This document shows, one piece after another, positions 30,474-39,486 of a stretch of DNA of 64,000 nt. The DNA comes from Dehalococcoidia bacterium UBA6926. GTDB lineage: Bacteria; Chloroflexota; Dehalococcoidia; UBA6926. The stretch is taken from positions 5,991-69,990 of the forward strand of contig DKAM01000019.1 in the NCBI GenBank assembly GCA_002450835.1, in the 5' to 3' direction. The notes below the pieces were generated by a model. The model was not told where the DNA came from. It worked only from the letters and a program-made list of their open reading frames with translations, and made no database searches. The translations under genes were made by a program, and so were the position numbers. Each line of letters begins with the position of its first letter. The stretch's first letter is position 1.

Positions 30474-32708
30474 ATGACGTCTTTTGAGAAAGTTGTTGGA
30501 CAACCTGTAGGTAGAGAAGATGGACCAGATAAAGTTACTGGCAAAGGAAAATATAGTCTTGATGTCGTTTTGCCAGACACTTTGTGGTGCAAAATTTTGA
30601 GATCTCCTTATCCTCATGCTAGTATCAAAAGTATAGATACTTCGAAAGCTCTAAAGCTACCAGGTGTTGTTGCAATATTAACGCCTGATGAAGTCCAAGG
30701 TCTTCGTTTTGGTAAAAGATTGATAGACGAACCTGTTCTCGCGTGGGACAAAGCACTATATATTGGTGATAAAATCGCCGCTGTCGCTGCAGAAACTGAA
30801 GATATAGCTGAATCAGCTTTAAGTTTGATTGAAGTTGAATATGAGGAATTACCCGCCGCTATGACTATGGATGATTCAATGGAAGAGAGTGCCCCTATTT
30901 TGCACCCTGAATTTAATTCATATGAAGGGGTACCTGCTGAACTAGAAAAACCATCGAACATTTTCGCAGAAACAGAGTGGGCGAATGGTGATATGGATAC
31001 TGGATTTAAGGATGCGGATATTATTGTCGAACGCCACTATACGACCCCTAGAACTCATCAGGCTTATTTAGAGCCCCATAATACTATTGTATGGATTGAT
31101 GCAGATGGACAGGTCCAAGTTTGGAACGGATCTAAGTCTCCATTTGCCAACAAAAATTCGTTGGCATCTGTTATCGGGGTTGCTCCTGAGAAAATCACTA
31201 TTAATTTTGCGTATGTAGGCGGTGACTTTGGAGGTAAGGGTGATATAAATGGAGTACCCGTTTGCTACTTTTTAGCAAAAAAAACAGGGCGCCCAGTTAA
31301 ACTTAATTTTGATTATAGCGAAGAACTGCAGGCGATGAACCCAAGGCATGAGTCGACGATGCGAGTTAAAGCAGGTGTGAAAAAAGATGGGACTTTGACT
31401 GCATGGGAAGCCGAGGTTTATTTCAATTCCGGCGCTTACGGTGGATATAAACCCGTTCCTGGTTCTAACCTTCCAGGTATTGCGGAAATTGCTGGTCCAT
31501 ATAATATACCTAACGTAAAAATTAACGCGTTTCAAGTTTATACAAATACGGTGCCTTGTGGATTCCACAGGTCACCAGGCGAAGTTCAAGGCATATTTGC
31601 GGGTGAATCACATATGGATATCATTGCAAAAGAATTGGGTATGGATCCAATTGAATTCCGACTAAAAAATGTGATTCATGATGGCGATGCTACCCCAGTT
31701 GGGCATGCTTATTTAGATATTAAAGCTGAGGAAGTAATAAGAGAGGCTGTTAAAGCTTCTGGTTGGGATAATCCTAAATCCAAAGGTGTTGGTAGAGGGA
31801 TAGCGCTTGGACACAGGTCGCAAGTTGGTGGAGAAACACATGTGGCGATCGATATTAACGAAGATGGATCTGTTACTGCCTATAATTCCATTTTTGATTC
31901 AGGGATGGGAAATCACACGATGCTTCAGCAAGTGATTGCTGATGAGTTGCAGATATCAATAGATCGAATATCGGTGGTCCCATATAATACTGACGACGTA
32001 CCATTTGACACCGGAGTTGGAGGAAGTAGAGGCAGCTATGTGATAAGTGAAGCTTCTCTTTTGGCTTCAAACGACCTCAAAGGCAAGTTAAAAAAACTGG
32101 CTTCAGAATATAAAGGTTGGGATGAAGAAATCGTGGAATTTTCTGAAGGGTCTTTGGTCAACCGAAGAACGGATGAGAAAATCACCATGGAAGAAATAGC
32201 AGGGCGATCAGGGGGCTCAGTCAAGGGTAACGGAGACTTGCAGGATATGGCTCCAAATCAATACACATCATTCGTCGCTCAAGTGGCAGAGGTTGAAATT
32301 GATGAAGAAACAGGTAATGCTCAAGTTACTCGAATAACGGCCGTTCATGACACATCTAAAATTATCAATCCTATTGGTTTTCACAGTCAGCTTGAGGGTG
32401 GAATGATCGGAGCTTATGGCTTTGCTGTAATGGAAGATTTAGACGTTGATGAAAGCGGGCGAGTTTCTAATGCCTCTTTTGCAGATTTTAAAATCCCTAC
32501 AGAAAGAGATATCCCAGAATTGACTGTTTCTTTGGTGGAGACAAGCGAGGGTAGGGGTTCATACAAAGTTAAAGGTATCGGCGAGCATTCAAATCTTGCA
32601 ACTGCTCCAGCGATTGCAAACGCAATAGAAGATGCTGTGGGTATTAGAATCTATGGTCTACCGTTCACGTCCGACAAAATTTGGGGCCAGGTATCTAAGG
32701 CCACCTAG
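30474..32708 (+). CDS. Xanthine dehydrogenase / aldehyde oxidase / CO-dehydrogenase-family molybdopterin-binding large subunit
   Basis: VGQPVGREDGPDKVTGKGKYSLD N-terminus, a/b-hammerhead and MoCo-binding domains. ATG 30474 is preceded by a GGGAGG Shine-Dalgarno sequence (5-6 nt spacer) and a TGTATAAT -10 box. Confidence 0.85.
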   Translation: MTSFEKVVGQPVGREDGPDKVTGKGKYSLDVVLPDTLWCKILRSPYPHASIKSIDTSKALKLPGVVAILTPDEVQGLRFGKRLIDEPVLAWDKALYIGDKIAAVAAETEDIAESALSLIEVEYEELPAAMTMDDSMEESAPILHPEFNSYEGVPAELEKPSNIFAETEWANGDMDTGFKDADIIVERHYTTPRTHQAYLEPHNTIVWIDADGQVQVWNGSKSPFANKNSLASVIGVAPEKITINFAYVGGDFGGKGDINGVPVCYFLAKKTGRPVKLNFDYSEELQAMNPRHESTMRVKAGVKKDGTLTAWEAEVYFNSGAYGGYKPVPGSNLPGIAEIAGPYNIPNVKINAFQVYTNTVPCGFHRSPGEVQGIFAGESHMDIIAKELGMDPIEFRLKNVIHDGDATPVGHAYLDIKAEEVIREAVKASGWDNPKSKGVGRGIALGHRSQVGGETHVAIDINEDGSVTAYNSIFDSGMGNHTMLQQVIADELQISIDRISVVPYNTDDVPFDTGVGGSRGSYVISEASLLASNDLKGKLKKLASEYKGWDEEIVEFSEGSLVNRRTDEKITMEEIAGRSGGSVKGNGDLQDMAPNQYTSFVAQVAEVEIDEETGNAQVTRITAVHDTSKIINPIGFHSQLEGGMIGAYGFAVMEDLDVDESGRVSNASFADFKIPTERDIPELTVSLVETSEGRGSYKVKGIGEHSNLATAPAIANAIEDAVGIRIYGLPFTSDKIWGQVSKAT

Positions 32709-32721
32709 TCAAGAGCCGAAT

Positions 32722-33207
32722 TCAGTCACGGAAATTTACGTATTGTAAAGGTATTGGTAATTCAATGGCTTTAATTACGCTTATTGTTTCTTGAAGATCA
32801 TCCCGTTTTTTACCAGTTACCCTAATTTCGTCTCCTTTAATGCTCATTTGTACTTTAAGCTTTTTCGCCTTGACCTTTTTAATGATATCTTTTGACAATG
32901 TTGCATCGACACCTTGCTTTACATTTACCGTTTGCCTGAGAGTATCTCCGCCCGCCTTTACCGGTGGCTCGAAACTTAACGATTTTAGAGCTACTCCCCT
33001 CTTACTCATTTGTTGCTTCAATAAATCTTGAAGTGATGATAGTTTTAGGTCATCTTCAGTGATGAGTGTAATAATTGAATCCGATCTGTCTAAAGATGTC
33101 CCACTATCTTTAAAATCATATCTTTGACGTACCTCTCTTACTACGTTATTGATGGCGTTGTCTACCTCTGCCATATCGACCTTCGAAACAATGTCAAATG
33201 ACGGCAT
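32722..33207 (-). CDS. yajQ: YajQ family (UPF0234) nucleotide-binding protein
   Basis: MPSFDIVSKVDMAEVDNAINNVVREV canonical N-terminus. Confidence 0.8.
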   Translation of the reverse strand: MPSFDIVSKVDMAEVDNAINNVVREVRQRYDFKDSGTSLDRSDSIITLITEDDLKLSSLQDLLKQQMSKRGVALKSLSFEPPVKAGGDTLRQTVNVKQGVDATLSKDIIKKVKAKKLKVQMSIKGDEIRVTGKKRDDLQETISVIKAIELPIPLQYVNFRD

Positions 33208-33333
33208 ATCAAATCCTTTCATTTCTATTAATAAGTTCTAACGATGATACCTCAATATAATTTATGCAATATTTCTTAGTTGGTCGATCCTATATGTGAT
33301 ATTCATAACTTGTTATGAGACAATAAGACCATT

Positions 33334-34386
33334 ATGTCATCTGAAAGGTTAGTAAATCCAGATCTTGAGTCACAAGAGCAGTCAATTGAGGGAGGGCTTA
33401 GGCCCAAATCCTTTAAGGATTATGTTGGACAAGAGAGAATAGTTAATAATCTGCGTATAGCAATAACCGCTGCTAAAAAAAGAGAAGAACCATTAGACCA
33501 TGTGTTATTTAACGGGCCGCCTGGTCTAGGTAAAACCACCCTTTCACTGATACTCGCTGCAGAAATGGGCGTGAACGTCAAAGTGACGGCTGGGCCTTTA
33601 ATTGGGCGTGCCGGAGACCTCGCTGCAATTCTATCGAACTTGCAGCCACATGATGTATTGTTTGTAGATGAATTTCATAGACTACCTAAAGCTGTAGAAG
33701 AGATTTTATATCCGGTTATGGAAGATAACGTGCTGGATATTATGATTGGTAAAGGACCTGGAGCGCACAGCGTAAGGCTAAAATTACCCCCCTTTACTTT
33801 AGTCGCTGCAACTACTAGATTTGCTCTTTTAAGTTCCCCTCTTAGAGATCGTTTTGGTTCAACTTATAGATTGGATTATTACTCCAATGAAGAAATTAGT
33901 AACATCCTATCGCGCTCCTCCAAGGTATTAGCCATTAAAGTAGAGGGAACGGGCATTGATGAAGTGGCCAGACGCAGTCGGAATACACCAAGGATAGCAA
34001 ATAGGCTTTTACGTCGGGTCAGAGATTACGCGGAAGTTATAGGCGATGGTATTCTTACCGAAAAAGTTGCTCAAGAAGCTTTAAAAGAATTGGGTGTTGA
34101 CCAGCTTGGGCTTGATGATACCGATCACATGGTATTGAAAACGCTTGTTGAAACGTTTTATGGAGGACCTGTTGGACTTGAAACTCTAGCATCAGCCATG
34201 TCTGAAGAACCAGATACTGTGATGGAAGTTTATGAACCGTACCTTTTACAGATCGGGTTTTTGCAGCGGACAGCTAGAGGTCGTGTGGCGACTAAACGGG
34301 CTTTCGAACACCTAGGAATTCCTTGGGATGCTGATGATTCTACACGTAGATCCCAAACAGATGGCAGCCAATCTAGATTAATATAA
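33334..34386 (+). CDS. ruvB: Holliday junction branch migration helicase RuvB
   Basis: [10 protein letters not shown] Walker A, DEFHRL Walker B, sensor/arginine finger and winged-helix C-terminus. Confidence 0.9.
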   Translation: MSSERLVNPDLESQEQSIEGGLRPKSFKDYVGQERIVNNLRIAITAAKKREEPLDHVLFNGPPGLGKTTLSLILAAEMGVNVKVTAGPLIGRAGDLAAILSNLQPHDVLFVDEFHRLPKAVEEILYPVMEDNVLDIMIGKGPGAHSVRLKLPPFTLVAATTRFALLSSPLRDRFGSTYRLDYYSNEEISNILSRSSKVLAIKVEGTGIDEVARRSRNTPRIANRLLRRVRDYAEVIGDGILTEKVAQEALKELGVDQLGLDDTDHMVLKTLVETFYGGPVGLETLASAMSEEPDTVMEVYEPYLLQIGFLQRTARGRVATKRAFEHLGIPWDADDSTRRSQTDGSQSRLI

Positions 34387-34451
34387 AGACCTATCAGAGA
34401 CCTGCCGGATTTTTGTGAGGTTTCAATTAACTTATTAGGAGGTTTTTTCGC

Positions 34452-35186
34452 ATGATGGAACCAGATATAGATCTAAAGGGCAAAACTGTTCTTATATCAG
34501 GTGCAAGTAGAGGAATTGGAAGAGGCATAGCTTTGGCGGCGGCTTCAAAAGGTGCCACAGTGATATGCGTGGGGCGCACTTTAGAAAGAGATGGAAATAG
34601 AGGAAGTTTGCGAGAGACCGCCGAGCTGATTGAGTCGAGCGGAGGAAGGGCGTTTCCCTTTGCTTGTGATGTTAGCAAACCCGAAGAAATCTATGATTTG
34701 TTTACCAATATAGATGAGGACCTAGATGGTATAGATATTTTGGTCAACAACGCAGGAATATATACCGGTAAATCCATAAAAGATATTAGGTTAGAGGATT
34801 GGTTACTTGGTCTTGCTGTAAACTTAACTGCTCCAATGCTAATGAGTAAACTTGTCATTCCGATGATGATCAAAAAGGGTGGAGGAGTGATACTGAACAT
34901 TACTTCGGGTAGCGCTGAAAGATACGACCGTGGTCATGTGGCTTATAGTACATCTAAAGCAGCCCTAAACAGATTCACCCAAAACCTTGCACAAGAGGTC
35001 AATGATTTAAACATTGTAGTCAATGCTTTGGGGCCTGGACTCGTTAAAACCGAGATGAATAATTTCTATGAGCATGGTGACGAGATTGAATCTGTGATAG
35101 AACCTGCTTTGAAATTAATGACTCTAGATAAGAATGATAATATCAACGGGCAAATCTTGCATAAAGAAGACCTTAGATTAAAGTGA
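34452..35186 (+). CDS. SDR family oxidoreductase
   Basis: ISGASRGIGRGIA cofactor motif, NNAG, YSTSKAA catalytic triad region. Confidence 0.8.
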   Translation: MMEPDIDLKGKTVLISGASRGIGRGIALAAASKGATVICVGRTLERDGNRGSLRETAELIESSGGRAFPFACDVSKPEEIYDLFTNIDEDLDGIDILVNNAGIYTGKSIKDIRLEDWLLGLAVNLTAPMLMSKLVIPMMIKKGGGVILNITSGSAERYDRGHVAYSTSKAALNRFTQNLAQEVNDLNIVVNALGPGLVKTEMNNFYEHGDEIESVIEPALKLMTLDKNDNINGQILHKEDLRLK

Positions 35187-36361
35187 AATTATTTTCTGGT
35201 CAATATTTATATTTATTTTCAGTAGAATTCATTTTGTTTGGAATATATTATTTGCTTCTTTCAACTCTGCCTATTCATATAATTCAAATAGATGGAACGT
35301 TAGCTACAGTAGGTATAGTAATGGGCATAGCAGCTCCAATTGCCGCTATGCTGATCCCTATATCAGGGTATTTGATTGATAACTGGAACGACAAAAAAAT
35401 GATAGCTATTGGTCTAGCTTTTAATATAGGCTCTCTGCTATTCATGCCACTGATTAAACTCCCGGTCTTTTTTGTCCTAGTGGATTTAACTCGTCGATTT
35501 GGTACTGCGACAACTAGCACTGCTACAAGGTCAAGAATCTTGGAGATAGTGCCCCAAACTAAGAGAGGTGAAGGCTTATCTGTTTTCACAACTTCGCATA
35601 ATCTTGGTACTGCGCTGATGCCGCCAATTGGATTGTATATTCTCGACAGATATGGATTCACGGGAGTTACAATTTTTTGCATTCTATTGATTCTAATTGG
35701 CTTGATAATAGTTAAGTTACTTGATGAACCGTCGAAATTCATTAAGGATGATCGAAGAGATCTTAACAAGACCCTCTCAATCTCAAAGTTCAAACAATCT
35801 TTAAGGCTCAAGACATGGATCCCTCCATTAACCTTGCTAATGATGGTGTTGGCTTTTTTTGGTTGCTTAACTTTTATTCCATTAATTTCAGAGGAGAGAT
35901 CGATTCCGAATTACTACTCGTTTTTTACCGTTTATGGTTTAACGGTGTTTGTCTCAAGGCTCTTCGTTGGTAAATTTTCAGATAGATATGGTCGAGAAAT
36001 CATAATAATTCCTTGCATACTCATGTGTTCTCTGGCAATGGTGGTTTTAGCTTTTTCATACACCTTGACCACTCTGTGGGTAACGGCAGTAATGTTTGGT
36101 GTAGGGTGGGGCTGTGCTTTTCCAACACTACTGGCTTTAGCCTCTGATTATTCTTTTGAAAATGCTGAAGGTCAAACCCAGTCTATAATGTCTGCGTCGT
36201 TTTCGATTGGCACTGCGCTAGGGGGGGCGATCATAGGTCTCGTATCAGAAACCTTTACTTTTGAGGTATCGTTTTTGGTATTGGCGGCATTACTAATGTT
36301 GACTCTATTGATATTCTCACTAGACTTTAAGAGTCAATATCTCATCAAGACTAAGAGGTGA
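35183..36361 (+). CDS. MFS transporter
   Basis: 12 hydrophobic segments. GTG start overlaps the SDR stop. Confidence 0.65.
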   Translation: MKLFSGQYLYLFSVEFILFGIYYLLLSTLPIHIIQIDGTLATVGIVMGIAAPIAAMLIPISGYLIDNWNDKKMIAIGLAFNIGSLLFMPLIKLPVFFVLVDLTRRFGTATTSTATRSRILEIVPQTKRGEGLSVFTTSHNLGTALMPPIGLYILDRYGFTGVTIFCILLILIGLIIVKLLDEPSKFIKDDRRDLNKTLSISKFKQSLRLKTWIPPLTLLMMVLAFFGCLTFIPLISEERSIPNYYSFFTVYGLTVFVSRLFVGKFSDRYGREIIIIPCILMCSLAMVVLAFSYTLTTLWVTAVMFGVGWGCAFPTLLALASDYSFENAEGQTQSIMSASFSIGTALGGAIIGLVSETFTFEVSFLVLAALLMLTLLIFSLDFKSQYLIKTKR

Positions 36362-36363
36362 AT

Positions 36364-36669
36364 ATGTTTCATGAGATGCGGATTTACAAGGCAGAACCGG
36401 CAAGGCTTCCAGTTCTTATAAAACGGTTTGTTGAAACCAATGCAGTTCTTTTTAAAAAATATGACTTTAGACCGATTGGTTATTGGACCGAAGAGGTGGG
36501 AGTTCCTCATAGAGTGATCTATATACTCGCTTGGGATACTTGGGAGCAAAGAGCTAAAGCCTGGGAATCTTTTTATAAGGACCCTTTATGGTTGGAATCC
36601 CTTGAACAAATAGGCCCCACTGTTCAAAACATCCAGAGTAGTATATTGACTCCTATGAAACTCAACTAG
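36364..36669 (+). CDS. NIPSNAP family protein
   Basis: MRIYKAEPARL...YWTEEVG...IYILAW pattern. AAGAGG Shine-Dalgarno sequence 5 nt upstream of ATG 36364. Confidence 0.65.
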   Translation: MFHEMRIYKAEPARLPVLIKRFVETNAVLFKKYDFRPIGYWTEEVGVPHRVIYILAWDTWEQRAKAWESFYKDPLWLESLEQIGPTVQNIQSSILTPMKLN

Positions 36670-36678
36670 GGTGGTATT

Positions 36679-38073
36679 TTAGCCTCTGTATCTAATTGAA
36701 TCGGAATTAAAATCCTTGTTAATTCGTCTCGAAAGATGTAAGCCTTCTAATATGAATTCAATTGCAGATGCCTGAGCTGATAGTTTTCTACCTATTTTCA
36801 ATTTTTTGTGTGCTGATTTAAGATCACCAAGATCTTTTACCCAATCAGCTATTTTCTTTGAGGGCATCATATCACCCGTATCTATTGTTAATCCTTCATT
36901 AAACCTACCTATTAGGGAATCAAATTCATTTACATTGAAGTAGTGATTAAACGTGTTTAGTACAGCACGTTTTGCTATCTCCTCCACTATTTTTGGTTCC
37001 CTTCCATCTTCAATACTTTCCAGTTCTACTTTGCCTATAGTTGAAGCATTCATATAAGCCATATCACTAATTCTCGGTGTAGCTTCCGATTCTCCAGAAA
37101 TTAGTGACCTTCTAATTGAGTTAGCTATAACGGTTTGGTAATTACCGATCGAAACTCTTACGCTCACTCCTGATCTTTGGTTGATATCTCCACTTTTTCT
37201 CGCCAAGTGTGTGAATTCAGCTATTATCTCTTTGATATACATTGGAACGGTTATTGATACCCCAGTTCCTTTCATTTTGGGAACCTCTTGTTCCATTACT
37301 TGAATTTCGTGATCTATCGTTTGAGGGTAATGGGTCTTTATTTGTGCTCCAAATCTATCTTTTAGGGGCGTTATAATTCTGCCCCTATTTGTATAGTCTT
37401 CTGGGTTTGCGCTTGCAATTAAACATAAATCGAGAGGTAAACTAACTTTGTACCCTTTTATTTGTACATCTCTCTCCTCGAGAATATTAAACATACCTAC
37501 TTGAATTCTTTCTGAAAGATCGGGAAGTTCGTTAATACAAAAAATGCCCCTATTGGATCTCGGTATCAGACCATAATGAATGGTGTAATCGTCAGAAAGG
37601 TAGCGTCCCTCTGCAACTTTTATAGGGTCAACTTCTCCAATTAAATCTGCGACAGTTATGTCTGGCGTAGCTAATTTTTCTCCGTAACGCTCTTCTTTAC
37701 CGATCCACTTTATTGGTGTTAATCCCTTGTTTTTCTTTACTAAATCTTTGCAGGAAGAGCATGTAGGATTCAGGGGGTCATCGTTAATTTCGCAGCCTTC
37801 GATGACGGGTATTTCATCATCTAGCAATTCTACGAGTGAACGAATCAGTCTGCTCTTTGCTTGGCCTCGCTCTCCAAGGAGGACTATGTCTTGTCCAGAT
37901 AGGACAGCGTTTTGAATTTGCGGTATTACAGTTTCTTCATAGCCAATAATCCCTTTGAACAACTGTTCCTTACTTCGCATCTTGTTAATCAAATTATTCC
38001 GCATCTCATCTTTGACACTTACAGATTTGTATTTTTGGGTTCTCAGATCGGAGATGGTTTTCGCTTTGCGCAT
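36679..38073 (-). CDS. AAA+ ATPase of the Mg-chelatase ChlI/BchI-like family (non-photosynthetic homolog)
   Basis: GYEETVIPQIQNAVLSGQDIVLLGERGQAKS is equivalent to the ChlI GQEE...GDRGTGKS Walker A region. RGIFCINELPDL is a Walker B/sensor region. No vWA/ChlD-like partner nearby. Confidence 0.5.
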   Translation of the reverse strand: MRKAKTISDLRTQKYKSVSVKDEMRNNLINKMRSKEQLFKGIIGYEETVIPQIQNAVLSGQDIVLLGERGQAKSRLIRSLVELLDDEIPVIEGCEINDDPLNPTCSSCKDLVKKNKGLTPIKWIGKEERYGEKLATPDITVADLIGEVDPIKVAEGRYLSDDYTIHYGLIPRSNRGIFCINELPDLSERIQVGMFNILEERDVQIKGYKVSLPLDLCLIASANPEDYTNRGRIITPLKDRFGAQIKTHYPQTIDHEIQVMEQEVPKMKGTGVSITVPMYIKEIIAEFTHLARKSGDINQRSGVSVRVSIGNYQTVIANSIRRSLISGESEATPRISDMAYMNASTIGKVELESIEDGREPKIVEEIAKRAVLNTFNHYFNVNEFDSLIGRFNEGLTIDTGDMMPSKKIADWVKDLGDLKSAHKKLKIGRKLSAQASAIEFILEGLHLSRRINKDFNSDSIRYRG

Positions 38074-38149
38074 ATTTACTGACCTCTAAATTTACAATTT
38101 AATAAGATTGATTGATAACTATTCTCTTAGTAGAGATTAGCAGTGTCAA

Positions 38150-38176
38150 TTTATTTTCTTGCTAGAGCGTCTAATC
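38150..38176 (+). promoter_or_regulatory. Candidate sigma70-like promoter for ornithine cyclodeaminase-family gene
   Basis: TTGCTA, 15-nt spacer, TATAAG preceded by TG. Sits ~36 nt upstream of the TTG start. Confidence 0.3.
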
Positions 38177-38211
38177 ATGTATAAGATTGCGAGAGCAATA
38201 AAGGAGTTAAA

Positions 38212-39156
38212 TTGGCTATTTATATAAAAGAAGAAGAAGTGAAGAACCTTGTTTCGATGGTAGATGCGATAGAGGTTGTTGAAAAGGGGCTCATAAGCCA
38301 GAAGTATTCTAATGCTGTAAATGAACCGCGGCATAGATTGCGAACCTCTAAGGATGGAATACATTTGTTGATCGCGGGAGATGATGATCAAAGCACTATT
38401 GGTTTTAAAACCGCTTATTATAGCGGTGGTATAGTTCACGTCGTAATCTATGATACTGAAAGTAAGCAAATGTCGGCGATAATAGAAGCTGGTCTACTAG
38501 GGTCGCTCAGAACAGGAGCCGCAAGTGCGGTTGCATCTAAATATATGGCCAATCCAAAATCTTCAACTATGGGAGTGTTTGGAGCAGGTTTTCAAGCTTA
38601 TACACAGGTACAAGCAGTTTGCGAGCAGTTTGATATTGAGAAAGTTTTAGTCACGAGCAGGGATCCAGGTAAGCGCGAAAATTTTATTACGAGAGTCAGT
38701 AAATTATTTCCCGATATCGCTATTGAGAACGCAACTTCCTCTGAAGAAGTTGCAGCGTGTGACATAGTTACCACCGCAACCCGCTCGGAAGTTCCTGTAT
38801 TAAGAGGAGCGTGGATGGAATCAGGTGCGCACGTCAATGCAATTGGATCCAACAGCATACTAAAAGCTGAAATTGATCTAGAAGTGGTGAATAGAAGCGA
38901 TATTGTTGTTGTAGATGACCGCGCGCAAGCACGGCAAGAATGTGGTGATTTGCTCGCTGCATGGGAAAATGGATTAATTGATCCTAACAATATGATTCAG
39001 CTTTGCGATATCGTTGATGAGCCGAATATCAGAGCTGGAAAGACAGTTACTACCTTATTTGAATCGCAAGGAATTGGACTTTGGGATATATCCCTCGCTA
39101 AGCTGGTTATGGACAGGGCTTTGATGGAAGAAAAAGGGACTGATTTGCCATTTTGA
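38212..39156 (+). CDS. Ornithine cyclodeaminase / mu-crystallin family protein
   Basis: Family pattern including the GAGFQA NAD-binding motif. TTG start with an AAGGAG Shine-Dalgarno sequence at 38201-38206 (5-nt spacer). Confidence 0.8.
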   Translation: MAIYIKEEEVKNLVSMVDAIEVVEKGLISQKYSNAVNEPRHRLRTSKDGIHLLIAGDDDQSTIGFKTAYYSGGIVHVVIYDTESKQMSAIIEAGLLGSLRTGAASAVASKYMANPKSSTMGVFGAGFQAYTQVQAVCEQFDIEKVLVTSRDPGKRENFITRVSKLFPDIAIENATSSEEVAACDIVTTATRSEVPVLRGAWMESGAHVNAIGSNSILKAEIDLEVVNRSDIVVVDDRAQARQECGDLLAAWENGLIDPNNMIQLCDIVDEPNIRAGKTVTTLFESQGIGLWDISLAKLVMDRALMEEKGTDLPF

Positions 39157-39206
39157 GCAGCTCAAAATGGAATTTTTTACTAAATAATAAATTGGAGATT
39201 TTTAAG

Positions 39207-39452
39207 ATGAAAAATGAAGAGAAGATTACTATATATGGCACAAAATGGTGCCCTGATTGTTCAAGATCAAAAAGGTTATTAGATACTAAAGGTCTTGAGT
39301 ACGTGTGGATAGATATCGAAGAGAATCCTGATTCCGCCGAAATTGTTAGACATCTCAATAAAGGCTTGCAGGTAGTTCCGACTATTATATTGCCTGGAGG
39401 GAAAATACTAGCAGAACCATCGAACAGCGAATTAGTAAACGCTTTGATCTAA
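39207..39452 (+). CDS. Glutaredoxin-family small redox protein (CPDC active site)
   Basis: KITIYGTKWCPDCSRSKRLL thioredoxin-fold CxxC motif. GGAG Shine-Dalgarno sequence 8 nt upstream of ATG 39207. Confidence 0.65.
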   Translation: MKNEEKITIYGTKWCPDCSRSKRLLDTKGLEYVWIDIEENPDSAEIVRHLNKGLQVVPTIILPGGKILAEPSNSELVNALI

Positions 39453-39486
39453 AGCTTTAGCAGAAGTAAATCTCTAAAACGGATCG

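Noticed and set aside
38146-38469. 107-aa minus-strand ORF overlapping the ornithine-cyclodeaminase-family gene start
   Set aside because: Low-complexity, Phe/Ile/Asn-rich translation of AT-rich sequence. The plus-strand gene has a clear Shine-Dalgarno sequence and family match.
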